DNA of 64,000 nt from Planctomycetota bacterium (GTDB taxonomy: Bacteria; Planctomycetota; Brocadiia; JAADGH01), in the NCBI GenBank assembly GCA_040755855.1, contig JBFMAD010000001.1:288001-352000 (forward strand). Reading direction: 5' to 3'. Below, piece after piece: positions 36,996 through 47,217 of this stretch. Under the pieces are notes generated by a model. It saw only the letters and a list, made by a program, of their open reading frames with translations. It ran no database searches and had not been told where the DNA came from. Each line of letters starts with the position of its first letter. The stretch's first letter is position 1. The translations under genes were made by a program, and so were the position numbers.

Positions 36996-38440
36996 GTCCT
37001 CTCGCCGCCATTGACATCGGGACGACGCTAATCAAGGCCGGTGTCTTCAACGAATCGGGCGACCTGCTGGGCCTTGGGGCGCAGCCCTTCGATCTCGTCG
37101 CTCCGCAGGATGGATGGTTCGAACTCGCTCCCGACGCCTGCTGGCAGGCCATCTGCGCCGCCATGCGCCAAGCCATCGAACGATCCGGCGGCAATGCCGA
37201 CAACATTGCGGCCATCGGCCTCTCCAGCCAGGGGCAGACGGTGGTTCCGGTTGATGCAAACGGGAACCCGCTCAGTAACTTCATCGTCTGGCTCGACCGC
37301 CGCGCGGCTTTTGAAGCATCTGAGATCGAATCGCGTTTTCATCCCGAAACCATCTATCATCAGACCGGCGTCTCCCAACTGGTCCCGGGCCACACAGTAA
37401 GCGTCCTATCCTGGCAGCGAAAACATCGTCCGGACATTTTCAGAAGGGCCTCCCGCTTTCTTCTGACGAAGGACTACGCCACACTCCGTATGACTGGTCA
37501 GGCGGCGATTGACCATCAACTTGCCGGCTCGACGGCGTGCTACAGCGTCCCGCAAGGAGGCTGGTGGGATGAGATGCTTGAGTTCATCGGCGTCTCCCAC
37601 CAGCAATTATCCCCGCTCTTCGCCGCAGAGGAAACCGTAGGGGAGCTGGCGGAGGATGCCGCTCGGGCCCTCGGCATTCCTGCCGGCTGTCCGGTCGTGG
37701 CCGGCGCGTGGGACCAGATCGCCGGGGCGATCGGCGCGGGGAATGTGCGGCCGGGGATCGTGACGGAGATGACGGGGAGCTGCCTGGCCCTGTTCGCCAC
37801 GTGCAAGGACTTCATGCCGGACCCGCAGCGACGGATGCTGGCAGGCCGACATGCCGTGGGCGGGTATGGATACCTCCTCCCCTACACCGAGTTCGCCGGG
37901 AAGGCCCTCCAGCTTGTGCGGGACACGTGCTATGGGACGTCAACGCCATATGAGGGAATCACCGCCGAGGCGGTTCGCGTCCCCATCGGGTGCGACGGAT
38001 TGGCGATGGACCTCCGGCGAACGGCGACGAAGATCGAGGATGCGCTCATTAGCCTGTCGCCGCGGCACACCCGCGCTCACATCGCGCGCGCAGCGATGGA
38101 GGCGGCGGCCTTTGCGCTGAAGGACCACATTGACGCGCTGGTTCAATTGCACGTGCAGGTCGGGAGCATCATCTCTCTTGGGGGTGGGGCGCGGAGCGAC
38201 TTCTGGCTGCAGATGAAGGCCGACCTTCTTGGCCTGCCTGTGAACCGGCCGGCGTGCACGGAGTCGGCCCTCCTCGGGGCGGCGATCCTTGCTGGGAAGG
38301 GGTGTGGAATCTATGACGACGCGGCGGAGGCGGCGGAGCGGATAGCGAGGGTGGAGCGTGTCTTCGAGCCTCGCGGAGAAACGCGGGATGCCTATCTTGC
38401 CGCTTACGAGTTCCGGTCAAAGCAGGCGGCACGGGTCTGA
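36992..38440 (+). CDS. FGGY family carbohydrate kinase
   Basis: GTG start; IDIGTT, WLDRR, GAWDQ, GGGARSDFWLQMKAD. Confidence 0.92.
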   Translation: MSPLAAIDIGTTLIKAGVFNESGDLLGLGAQPFDLVAPQDGWFELAPDACWQAICAAMRQAIERSGGNADNIAAIGLSSQGQTVVPVDANGNPLSNFIVWLDRRAAFEASEIESRFHPETIYHQTGVSQLVPGHTVSVLSWQRKHRPDIFRRASRFLLTKDYATLRMTGQAAIDHQLAGSTACYSVPQGGWWDEMLEFIGVSHQQLSPLFAAEETVGELAEDAARALGIPAGCPVVAGAWDQIAGAIGAGNVRPGIVTEMTGSCLALFATCKDFMPDPQRRMLAGRHAVGGYGYLLPYTEFAGKALQLVRDTCYGTSTPYEGITAEAVRVPIGCDGLAMDLRRTATKIEDALISLSPRHTRAHIARAAMEAAAFALKDHIDALVQLHVQVGSIISLGGGARSDFWLQMKADLLGLPVNRPACTESALLGAAILAGKGCGIYDDAAEAAERIARVERVFEPRGETRDAYLAAYEFRSKQAARV

Positions 38441-38594
38441 TTTTTTGTTGCATTGCCTTGCGCCATTTCATAAACTAAAATGTCTATAGCATGGGGCTTA
38501 AGGGAAAATGACGCGCCTTTTTATCCCCACAATATCCGGAAACTGGCGGTTCGGATGGCCCGCCGCGAGTTTCACAGCCTGAAAAGGGAGTGAC

Positions 38595-41381
38595 ATGCGC
38601 AAAGCTGGCTTGGGAATGTTTGTGGTGTTTTTCCTGCTCGGCTTCTCCTCGATCATCATCCAGACGACGCTGATCCGCGAGTTCCTCGTAGTCTTCGAGG
38701 GAAACGAACTCTGTCTCGGCGGCATCTTCGGCATCTGGTTCCTCTGGATCATGATCGGCGCGCCGATCGGTTCGCTGCTGTCCCGATGGGTGAAGAACGT
38801 TGCGCCGCTTTTTGTGCTGTTTGTGATCCTGGGCGCGCTGGCCCCCTTCGCGCAGATCTACGCCATCCGGATCGTCCGCGATATCTTCGACGTGCCCATG
38901 TCGCTCTATGTCTCCTTCCCGGAGATGCTGCTCTTTGCCCTCATCTGCGTTGCCCCCTTCACGTTCATGATCGGTGTGACGTTCCCGTTGGGGGTAAAGG
39001 TCTATACGGAGATTCGCGCCGCCGCCCTGGCCGGCAGCCCGCCGCCCACGGCGCTGGAGGAGGGCCGCCCACAGGAAATCTATGCCGCGCCGGCGGCCCA
39101 GGAGGGCGGAGAGAAGGTGGGGGTGGAACTTCCGCAGAAAGACATTTCGGCAGGGCTTGACGCGGCCTTCGGCGGCGAGGAGCCGAAGCAAAGCGACCCG
39201 ACTGAGTCGCAACGGGAAGAGCCACCCGCTGCCTGCGAGCGTCCGAGCGATGCCGTCCAGCCGCCGTCGGAGGAGGATCCTTCCAGCATCGGGTGGATTT
39301 ACGTCATCGAATCCCTCGGCTTCCTCGCCGGCGGCGTGTTCTTCACCTTCGTCCTCGTCGAGCATTACATGCCCTTCCTGAATGCGGCGGTCGTCTTCCT
39401 GTTGCTTAGCCTGATGTGTTTCCTTCTGGACCTGCGCGGGTTCTCGCGGGGCGTGCGCGCCACGTTTGGTGTGATATTTCTTGCGCTGTCCGTCGAGCAC
39501 ATCTGCATGGCCATGCCGTTGGACAACTATTCCGTTCAGCGGCGCTGGGAGGCCCTGAAGTTGGACCTCAACTTCATCAAAGCGGTCGAGAGCCGATACC
39601 AGAACCTGACGGTCGCCCAATCGCGGCGCGATGCGAATTACTACTCGCTCCTCAGCAACGGCCACATCATGATCAACTGGCCGGAGGAGTACGACATGCC
39701 GATGGTGGCGAACTTCGTGCTCTTCGAGCACCCGAAACCGAAGAGAGTGCTCCTCCTCGGCAATGGGAGTCATGGACTCATCCGGCATATGTTGAAGCAC
39801 CCTATTGACCGACTGGTTCACGTGGAACTGGACCCGATGGTCACGGGGGTGATTGGGCCTTATCTGCCGCAAGAGGACCAGGACGCGCTGAAGGACAAGC
39901 GGCTCGAACAAAAGCACATGGATGGGCGCTACTACGTCAAGACCTGCAAGGAGAATTTCGACGTGGTGTTCGCCAACATCCCCGATCCTTCCTCCGCCAT
40001 GATCAACCGATACTTCACCCTTGATTTTTACGAGGAAGTGAAACGGATTCTCGCCGACGGGGGCGTTCTTGCCGGAACGATGAGTTCGGCGGTCAACTAC
40101 ATGGGCCAGGACATCGGCGACTACGCCGGTTCGCTTTTCCATACCATCCGCGATGCCTTCGAAAAGGACGGCGGCGAGGTCATCATCACTCCCGGCGACC
40201 ATAACTATTTCTTCGCCTCGCCCAAGAAGGGGGTCGTCTCGCTGGACGGGAGCGAGCATGGCCCGCTGGTCAAGCGATTCAAAGCGTGCGGGATCGAATT
40301 CAAGAATTTCAGCGAGCATCACTTCCTCCTTTGCGTGAACACCGAGCAGAAGCAGCAATGGCTCCGCGACCAACTCATGGCGCGCGAGAATGTCCCCCGC
40401 AACACCGATATGCGGCCCATCTCCTACTTCTACCAGCTCCTCATCTGGGACCAGAAGACGGAGCACCCGATCATCACGATCAGCGGGAAGAAGTGGGAGG
40501 TGAAGGTCGGCCCCATCTTCCGGTGGCTCCACGAGTTCGACAAGAATGGCTTCTCCGTCATCCAGACGAGCAACGCCAAGCTGGGGAAGATCATCGGCGC
40601 GCTGACATGGATTCGGACAAAATTGCGCATCCATGACCTCATCGTAATCTTTCTCGTCCTGTTGCTCCTGCGGATGTTCTATGTCCTTGTCATCCGAAGG
40701 AGCATCCCGCCCCAGGCGCGGGTGAACTCGCTCCTGGCGATGGCGGCCTGCGGGTTCGGCTCGATGGTCTTCAGCCTTACGCTGCTCTTCGCGTTCCAGA
40801 ACCTCTATGGGTTCTTGTATCACATGATCGGTTTCATCACCGCGCTCTTCATGTTCGGCCTCGCCATGGGCGGGCTGGCGATGACCGTCATGCTAAAGAG
40901 GCTGCGGAGCCCAAATCGAGCGCTGTTGATCGTGCTGATCGCGCTCGTTGTATATGCCATCGTGTTGCCTCTCGGCATCAAGGCCTTGGCGTCGGGGGTC
41001 CTGGCGCGGCTGCCTCTCTTGGCGTCGCAGGCGTGTTTCATGGTACTGCTGGCCATCGGCGGGTCGCTGACAGGGCTTACGTTCCCATTGGCCAGCGGGG
41101 TGTTCTTTGAGCATAGCCGGCACACCGGCGTCACCGCCGGGCTGGTTCACGGGGCCGACCACGGCGGGGCGTGCGCGGGCGCCTTCCTGTCGGGCACGAT
41201 CTTCGTTCCGATACTGGGTCTCGCGGAATCGTGCTACTTCGTCGCCGTGATCGGCGCCGTCTGCGTTGTTCTTCAGGCGCTTCTGGTTGTCAAGGAGAAA
41301 AGGACGTTATGCCGAAGATTATCATCCAAATTGACGGAGACGAGCAAACCGTCGAGCTCAAGCGAGCCGTCACCTCAATAG
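38595..41381 (+). CDS. Multi-TM membrane protein fused to a spermidine-synthase-like SAM/dcSAM-binding domain
   Basis: N- and C-terminal TM bundles; ESRYQNL, HPKPKRVLLLG, VELDP, DGRYYV, NRYFTLDFY, NTDMRP. Confidence 0.85.
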   Translation: MRKAGLGMFVVFFLLGFSSIIIQTTLIREFLVVFEGNELCLGGIFGIWFLWIMIGAPIGSLLSRWVKNVAPLFVLFVILGALAPFAQIYAIRIVRDIFDVPMSLYVSFPEMLLFALICVAPFTFMIGVTFPLGVKVYTEIRAAALAGSPPPTALEEGRPQEIYAAPAAQEGGEKVGVELPQKDISAGLDAAFGGEEPKQSDPTESQREEPPAACERPSDAVQPPSEEDPSSIGWIYVIESLGFLAGGVFFTFVLVEHYMPFLNAAVVFLLLSLMCFLLDLRGFSRGVRATFGVIFLALSVEHICMAMPLDNYSVQRRWEALKLDLNFIKAVESRYQNLTVAQSRRDANYYSLLSNGHIMINWPEEYDMPMVANFVLFEHPKPKRVLLLGNGSHGLIRHMLKHPIDRLVHVELDPMVTGVIGPYLPQEDQDALKDKRLEQKHMDGRYYVKTCKENFDVVFANIPDPSSAMINRYFTLDFYEEVKRILADGGVLAGTMSSAVNYMGQDIGDYAGSLFHTIRDAFEKDGGEVIITPGDHNYFFASPKKGVVSLDGSEHGPLVKRFKACGIEFKNFSEHHFLLCVNTEQKQQWLRDQLMARENVPRNTDMRPISYFYQLLIWDQKTEHPIITISGKKWEVKVGPIFRWLHEFDKNGFSVIQTSNAKLGKIIGALTWIRTKLRIHDLIVIFLVLLLLRMFYVLVIRRSIPPQARVNSLLAMAACGFGSMVFSLTLLFAFQNLYGFLYHMIGFITALFMFGLAMGGLAMTVMLKRLRSPNRALLIVLIALVVYAIVLPLGIKALASGVLARLPLLASQACFMVLLAIGGSLTGLTFPLASGVFFEHSRHTGVTAGLVHGADHGGACAGAFLSGTIFVPILGLAESCYFVAVIGAVCVVLQALLVVKEKRTLCRRLSSKLTETSKPSSSSEPSPQ

Positions 41382-44092
41382 GCCGAGACGACACGAACGA
41401 TGTCCGCATCGGCGACCCGAGCGTCTCGGGCCGGCACTGTCGCATCGAACGCACCGACCAGGGGTACACGGTGGTGGACCTTGGGGGGAAGAACGGCACG
41501 CGCGTCAACGGACGCAAGATCAAGGAGCATAACCTCGAACCGCAGGACAAGATCGAGATCGGTCGCACCGCCATTTACTTCGAGCGCAAGCCCGCTCCCT
41601 TGGAGTGTTGCGTCCAGGTCCTAAACGGAACTCAGAAGGGCAAGCTGTTCGATCTGAAGGACGATATCTCGACCCTGGGCCGCAACGAGTCGTGCGCCTG
41701 CATCCTCCAGGAGGACTCGGTCTCTAACTTCCATGCGGCGATTGAGCGGAGCGGCAGCAGCTTCGTCATTCGCGACCTGCATTCCCGAAACGGCACGTTC
41801 GTGGACGGCGCGCAGCTCGGCGAGCGGCCGGTGGTCCTCCAGGACGCCGCGCAGCTTCAGCTCGGCAACAGCAAGATGGTATTCTATGAGCTCGTCCCCG
41901 TGGCGGGCGTCGAACCTCCGCCGAGTCAGCGGGCCGCTCAACAACCCGCCGCAGCCGCTCCGGCGCAAAAGGCCGCCGGGGCCGCCCGAGTGGCGGCGCC
42001 CCAGGTACCGACCGCACCCGCCGCGGAGGCGCTCGCCACGTCGGGGGAGATCAGGCGGGAACTGCTCCTGCGGCCGAGGAGACGCAGCCGCATTGTAAGC
42101 ATCCTCGGCGTATTGGTGGTGATCGGCTTTATCGTGGGCATTGTCTATGCGGTACGAAACATGGACCTCGGAAGCATAATGACCACCGGTCCCACCACCA
42201 AGGGCAATGGAGACCTACTCGATGGGTATGGGACCTTCGGCGGCGAAGGCGGCGCGGAGAAGCAGAAGCACTGGAAGTTTGAGGGGGAAAACGTGAAGGG
42301 CTGGAAGGTGGAGAATGGGGCGCTTGTCGCCCCGGCAACAAAGGGACCTGCGGTGTCCAACGCCGTTTGCGACAAGACGGTCCCCGTGGATCAGGCCAAG
42401 GTGTATGGACTGCGGTGCAAGCTCCGCTCTGAAGGCGAACACGGCCTGAACGGTTTGAAGATTGTCTGGACGAACAAGTCCGATCCCGGATATTTCTTTG
42501 AGTCGTTCTCGAACCTTGCCGCCGGGAAGGCGGACGTGCACGAGATCAAAGATGTCCTCTATCCGCCGGCGCAGGCGGGGGAGCTCCGCGTGGCGTGTGT
42601 GACTATCGGCAATCCCGCCCCGGTGTCGTTCCACTCCGTGGAACTTGTGCCGAATCCCCGCCCGGGCTACGCGGGGCCGGAAGGCGGAGGGGCGCGCGGC
42701 ATGGGGGTGGAACTCGGCGAGCGGGGCATGGTGACCATCATCCGACCGGGAGGGGTGGTCGTCTGGGGCGTGCAACTCTGCCTCGTGACGAAACAGGACG
42801 CGGAGATATGGCAGAAGTATTGCACGCTGCATGAGCGGCAGCCGCAGGAATACAGCAGCACGCTGATGGACCCCATGACGCTCACCCCAATAGACTTCCA
42901 TGTGATCGTCCAGGCCGATAAGGCCGCCGGCGGGGTGGTGATCCGCCACACAATCCGGGCCAAACAGAAGTTGGACATGAAATCCATCGGCCTCGCGTTC
43001 ATGATTCGGAAGAGCGACATCCCGCACGGCGTGCTGGTGGGGCAGGACCTCGGCGCGTTCATCAAGGATGGAGAGTTCGAGGCATCGAACGTGAGCGAGG
43101 CCGTCTTTGGCCACGGCGACCGGCGCATCGTGGCGCAGTCCGGCGCGCCGTCGGTGAATCTGACGCGAAAGGACATCGGCGAGACGGCGCAGATTATTTT
43201 CTGGATGCCGATCGAGGTGCTGGAGGAAAACATGGAGGCGCCGGTAGAGTTCTACTTCAAGATGTCCTCGGTTCTGGCGGACGGCGAGGTGGAGAAGCTG
43301 AAGCGCGCCGCTGAGGCGTCGGTGTTGGCGAACGAGATCGGCGACGCCCTGCGGCATCTCACGGCTATCGTGGAGAATCCTTACTACCCCGAGAAGGACC
43401 GAAAGGAGGCGGAAAAGAAGGCCAAGGAACTTCAGAAGAAGGCTGACGCCCTCTTTGCCGAGACGGAGAAGGCCATCGAGAAGTTCGTCGCCGAGCCGAA
43501 GGACGCCAACGAGGAGATGGCCCGGGCGAAGTTGAAGGAGCTGAAGATCGCCCTGGCCGAGGAGCGTTTGGAGGGGGGGGAAGGCGGGGTGGTGTTCGTG
43601 ATCGTGTCTCTGTTTAAGGACCGGGTGGACGCGCTTACGGCGAAGCTGGACGCGAGAAAGAACGAGGAGCAGGCCAAGGCAGAGGAGGATGTGAAGAAGC
43701 TGCTCGCGAGCGCGGAGAAGTTCGAGGCGGCGGAGCAGTGGATGATCGCCCGGGTCTTCTATGACAACGTGATCAAGAAGGCCCCGAACAGCGAGGAGGC
43801 CAAGGAGGCCCGGAAGCGAATTGACGGCCTTGCCAAGAAGCAGGCGAAGGTGCAGGAACGCAACAAAGATGTTGACCGCAAGCTGACCGCAGCGAGAAAC
43901 TACGAGCGAAACAAGATGATTGACCGAGCGGCCAAGACGCTGGTCGAGATCATCGAGAAGTATCCCGACGCCCCCGGCGCGAAAGAGGCGATCCCCCAGC
44001 TGGAGAAGATCGTGAAGAAGTACCCCGACGAGCCGGGCGTATCAGAGGCAAAGAAGCTCCTCGATAAGGTGAAGGAGAAAGCGAAGAAATAG
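41309..44092 (+). CDS. Double-FHA domain membrane protein with extracytoplasmic beta domains and TPR-like C-terminus
   Basis: IGR..SVSGRH..NGTRVNG and LGR..SVSNFH..SRNGTFVDG; single TM; helical IKKAPNS/IEKYPD repeats. Confidence 0.88.
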   Translation: MPKIIIQIDGDEQTVELKRAVTSIGRDDTNDVRIGDPSVSGRHCRIERTDQGYTVVDLGGKNGTRVNGRKIKEHNLEPQDKIEIGRTAIYFERKPAPLECCVQVLNGTQKGKLFDLKDDISTLGRNESCACILQEDSVSNFHAAIERSGSSFVIRDLHSRNGTFVDGAQLGERPVVLQDAAQLQLGNSKMVFYELVPVAGVEPPPSQRAAQQPAAAAPAQKAAGAARVAAPQVPTAPAAEALATSGEIRRELLLRPRRRSRIVSILGVLVVIGFIVGIVYAVRNMDLGSIMTTGPTTKGNGDLLDGYGTFGGEGGAEKQKHWKFEGENVKGWKVENGALVAPATKGPAVSNAVCDKTVPVDQAKVYGLRCKLRSEGEHGLNGLKIVWTNKSDPGYFFESFSNLAAGKADVHEIKDVLYPPAQAGELRVACVTIGNPAPVSFHSVELVPNPRPGYAGPEGGGARGMGVELGERGMVTIIRPGGVVVWGVQLCLVTKQDAEIWQKYCTLHERQPQEYSSTLMDPMTLTPIDFHVIVQADKAAGGVVIRHTIRAKQKLDMKSIGLAFMIRKSDIPHGVLVGQDLGAFIKDGEFEASNVSEAVFGHGDRRIVAQSGAPSVNLTRKDIGETAQIIFWMPIEVLEENMEAPVEFYFKMSSVLADGEVEKLKRAAEASVLANEIGDALRHLTAIVENPYYPEKDRKEAEKKAKELQKKADALFAETEKAIEKFVAEPKDANEEMARAKLKELKIALAEERLEGGEGGVVFVIVSLFKDRVDALTAKLDARKNEEQAKAEEDVKKLLASAEKFEAAEQWMIARVFYDNVIKKAPNSEEAKEARKRIDGLAKKQAKVQERNKDVDRKLTAARNYERNKMIDRAAKTLVEIIEKYPDAPGAKEAIPQLEKIVKKYPDEPGVSEAKKLLDKVKEKAKK

Positions 44093-44114
44093 TCGCTTTC
44101 ATGAAAGGATTGCT

Positions 44115-44597
44115 ATGATCCAGTCCATCCTGGCAAGACGCGGCAAACTTCTTTTCAAAATCATAATCGTCCTGGCTGTGCTCGCCATCCCTGCCTTGCT
44201 GCTCCTCAAGAGGGCCGACATGATCGAGATCGGCGGCCCCACCTTCATTAAGGTCAAGTGGTACCAGAGCCTGAACAAGGACGAGAAGATCCGTCGAGCC
44301 GAGGTGTGGTACAAGTTGGGGTCCTATCGGAACACCTTCGAGATCTACACCGAGTTGCTATTCGGCGTAAAAGCCTCGGAGATGCGGCGCTTTGACTATG
44401 GACAACTCCCGATTGTGGATATGGACATGCAGTATGTTGACCTCATCTACTACCGGTGGTGCATCTGCCTCTCCAAGCTGAACAAACGCACCGAGGGAAT
44501 GAACGCCTGCGAGCAGTTTCTGGATACCTTCCGTGAAAGCAAGTACAAGGATGCCGTGGAGAAATTGCAGAAAGAGCTGATCAGCCGCCAGCTGTGA
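44115..44597 (+). CDS. Hypothetical membrane-anchored helical (TPR-like) protein
   Basis: N-terminal TM, AAAGGA RBS, operonic position. Confidence 0.7.
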   Translation: MIQSILARRGKLLFKIIIVLAVLAIPALLLLKRADMIEIGGPTFIKVKWYQSLNKDEKIRRAEVWYKLGSYRNTFEIYTELLFGVKASEMRRFDYGQLPIVDMDMQYVDLIYYRWCICLSKLNKRTEGMNACEQFLDTFRESKYKDAVEKLQKELISRQL

Positions 44598-44624
44598 TCC
44601 GCCTTCACAGGCAGGGAAAGGAAC

Positions 44625-45110
44625 ATGACTCCGAAGCTGAAGATCGCCGCGATTGTCGCCGCCGCCATCCTCATCTATCTCCTCGCCGAATTCCTGATTG
44701 TCACCGACCGCGAGCGCCTCGAAACGACGATCAATGATCTCCACCGCGTCGTCGAAAAGGCCGACGCCGACAAGGCGATCGCATTCATCGCCCCCGACTA
44801 CCATTTTCAAGACAAGAGCAGGGATGAGCTTCTTGAGTTCGGTCAAAGGATGTTCAAGCTGACCGGCCCGATGAAAATCAAGATTCTCGAGGAGAAACTC
44901 AACGTCAACGGCTCGCTCGCCGTCTATGAAAGCAGCATCCTTGCCGCGCTCTCCAACCCCGGCGGCGACGTGCCCTATGCCGGCGGCCAGGTCCCTTCCC
45001 AGTGGCGGCTCTCGTTCAAGAAGGAAGGCGACAAGTGGCTCATCTACCAGGTGGAGCCGATCTCGCTGTTCAACCAGCCTGTCCGCACGCTGGATGCGCT
45101 GATTCGATGA
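44625..45110 (+). CDS. Hypothetical NTF2/SnoaL-like protein with N-terminal TM
   Basis: FIAPDY...WRLSFKKEGDKWLI pattern. Confidence 0.7.
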   Translation: MTPKLKIAAIVAAAILIYLLAEFLIVTDRERLETTINDLHRVVEKADADKAIAFIAPDYHFQDKSRDELLEFGQRMFKLTGPMKIKILEEKLNVNGSLAVYESSILAALSNPGGDVPYAGGQVPSQWRLSFKKEGDKWLIYQVEPISLFNQPVRTLDALIR

Positions 45111-45601
45111 GGATCGAGGTAATCGAAGGAAGCATCCTCGACGTTGATGTGGACGCTATCGTCAACCCCGCCAACTCCGCGGGCCGCATGGGCGGAGGAG
45201 TTGCCAGGGCCATCAAAAAGGCCGGCGGGGATGACATCGAAAGGGAGGCCGTGGCCAAAGCGCCCATCGCCGTCGGCGAATCTGTGCTCACCACCGGTGG
45301 GCGGCTCAAGGTCTGCCACGTCATCCACGCACCCACCATGGTCAAACCCGCCGAGCGGACAAACGTCCAGAAGGTGCGCGCCGCCACCGAATCGGCCCTC
45401 CGATGCGCGGATGAAGCCGGCCTGGAGAGCATCGCCTTCCCCGGCATGGGAACCGGCGTCGGCCGGGTGGATCCCAAAGACGCGGCGCAGTGCATGGTTG
45501 AGGCAATCCGCACATTCAAGGGCGATTCCCTCAAAAAGGTGGTCCTTGTGGACATGAATCCCGAGATGGCAGAGGCGTTTCGCCGGGCTGCCGAGACGTG
45601 A
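45107..45601 (+). CDS. Macro domain protein (ADP-ribose-binding/hydrolase)
   Basis: DAIVNPANS..MGGGVA.AI, VIHAPTM, SIAFPGMGTGVG; ATGA coupling. Confidence 0.95.
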   Translation: MRIEVIEGSILDVDVDAIVNPANSAGRMGGGVARAIKKAGGDDIEREAVAKAPIAVGESVLTTGGRLKVCHVIHAPTMVKPAERTNVQKVRAATESALRCADEAGLESIAFPGMGTGVGRVDPKDAAQCMVEAIRTFKGDSLKKVVLVDMNPEMAEAFRRAAET

Positions 45602-45604
45602 TCC

Positions 45605-46282
45605 TTAGTCAATGATGTGGAGTTCGTTGCCGAGTTCGTTCACGTCGCCGGGGGCGATGGGGAAGTGCTCGGAGAGCAGCTCGCCGCAGCGCTTGATGGC
45701 GTTGCAGATGCCCTCCGTCGGCTTGCCTTTTTTCAGGCCCGCGATCACAAGATCTTTCACTTCATTCCATTGTTTCTGATCGAGCTTTCCGGCAATGGGA
45801 TCATCGCCGATGACGGCCGCGCGCCGTTCGAAGAGGGATACATAGATGAGGATCCCCGTGCCGCCCTTCGTCCCGCGAACGCGAAACTCCGTGAAGGCGA
45901 GCCGCGCGCTCCGCATCACTTCCTCGTTCAGCTCTCGCCGGCCAACGAATGGCCGGGCAAGGATGGGAACGTAGGTTGCCAGGGCAGCCCCGGCGACGAA
46001 GGTGATGAAGAACAGGACCAGCGTGTGCCACACACTGACGGCTATCGGCTGCCCCCAATCCCCCGGCAGCGTGGGCAGGCGGAAGATGAGACCGAACACG
46101 GCGACAGCGGCCAGCGCCAGCAGCAGGCCGAAGATGTCCTCCGCCCGATCGTACCGCCCGGACATCGTGGCCACGACGGGGACGATCTCACCGCTGGTCT
46201 TCTTTTCCGCCTCCGCGACCGCCTCGGAGATGTTCTGCTTGTCTTCGTCAGAGAAAAGTCTCGACGCTCGTATCATCTGCAT
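45605..46282 (-). CDS. TPM-domain membrane protein
   Basis: AEKKTSGEIV, TGILIYVSLFER, NELGN; start at 46282 with GGAG RBS. Confidence 0.9.
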   Translation of the reverse strand: MQMIRASRLFSDEDKQNISEAVAEAEKKTSGEIVPVVATMSGRYDRAEDIFGLLLALAAVAVFGLIFRLPTLPGDWGQPIAVSVWHTLVLFFITFVAGAALATYVPILARPFVGRRELNEEVMRSARLAFTEFRVRGTKGGTGILIYVSLFERRAAVIGDDPIAGKLDQKQWNEVKDLVIAGLKKGKPTEGICNAIKRCGELLSEHFPIAPGDVNELGNELHIID

Positions 46283-46314
46283 ATCTCCTGCGCTGGAAAC
46301 GCCCAGCAATATGA

Positions 46315-46347
46315 GACCTCCCGGAGGGCCCAGACCTCCGGGAGGTC
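46315..46347. repeat. REP-like palindrome family A, copy 3
   Basis: GACCTCCCGGAGG-GCCCAGA-CCTCCGGGAGGTC. Confidence 0.8.
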
Positions 46348-46422
46348 GGGTTTGCCGTGTGCCACGCCCAAGGCCGCGCCTTCGCGGGCTTGAGCGTGTT
46401 CTCCCACAGCACGAGTGGTATA

Positions 46423-47202
46423 TCACCACGATCCCGTGGCGCCGCCGCCCCCGGAGAAGCCGCCGCCGAACGATCCCCCGCCGAATCCGCCGCGGCGCGA
46501 GCTCGACCGAAGCATCTGGTAAAGGATCACCCCGATGACGGTAAACACGACGCCCCAGAACACCCAGGCCCACCCCGATGCGCCGCTCTGTACCAGTGAC
46601 ACTACGGTGAAGATCGCCAACGCCACGGCGCCGATGACGAGCGCGTAGTGCCACCAGGGCCGGGCGCGGTGGGGGATCTTCAGCTCGCGCGCCATTGCGT
46701 CCAAGCCCTTCACCCCGGCGACAATCCCCGTCGAAAAGTTCCCCGCCTTGAACTCCGGGATGATCAGGTTGTCCATGATCCTCTGGCACTCGGCGTCCTT
46801 CTGGTGCGCCCAGTCCTTCCCCAGCTCGATGCGCACCTTCCGGTCGCCGGTTGAGACGAGCAACAAAATGCCGTGGTTCCATTCCTTAAAGCCGATGCCC
46901 CAGGAGTTGAACAGGTTCTGGGCATAGACCATGATGTCCCATCCCGCAGCGCCGTACTTGGCCATGGATGGGATCGTGACAATGATGATCGGGACGGCTT
47001 TTTCCGTCAGGAGTTTGTCGCAAATATCCTTGATATTGGCGGCGTCCTCGGGATTGATAAGGCCGGACTCATCAACAATGAAGTCCCGCTCCCCAGGCTG
47101 CGGGGGATAGGTAAGCTGCTGCGCCTCCATGCCCGCCGACAGCACGGCGAGCAAAAACATGGCCAATAAGGTCGCCGGAGTCCGCTTCATCACTCGCTCC
47201 AT
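46423..47202 (-). CDS. TPM-domain protein (YgcG-like)
   Basis: LFNSWGIG..NHGILLLVSTGDRKVRIE; Gly-rich tail ending GGGATGSW. Confidence 0.93.
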   Translation of the reverse strand: MERVMKRTPATLLAMFLLAVLSAGMEAQQLTYPPQPGERDFIVDESGLINPEDAANIKDICDKLLTEKAVPIIIVTIPSMAKYGAAGWDIMVYAQNLFNSWGIGFKEWNHGILLLVSTGDRKVRIELGKDWAHQKDAECQRIMDNLIIPEFKAGNFSTGIVAGVKGLDAMARELKIPHRARPWWHYALVIGAVALAIFTVVSLVQSGASGWAWVFWGVVFTVIGVILYQMLRSSSRRGGFGGGSFGGGFSGGGGATGSW

Positions 47203-47217
47203 TTCGTTATCGGATGT

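Noticed and set aside
41309..41381. Programmed frameshift fusing the spermidine-synthase-like and FHA genes
   Set aside because: The FHA gene has its own RBS and ATG, and no clear slippery heptamer with a downstream structure is present; simple overlap suffices.
45107..45601. Macro domain as part of a DarTG-like defence system
   Set aside because: Stand-alone housekeeping-type macro domain with no adjacent ADP-ribosyltransferase.
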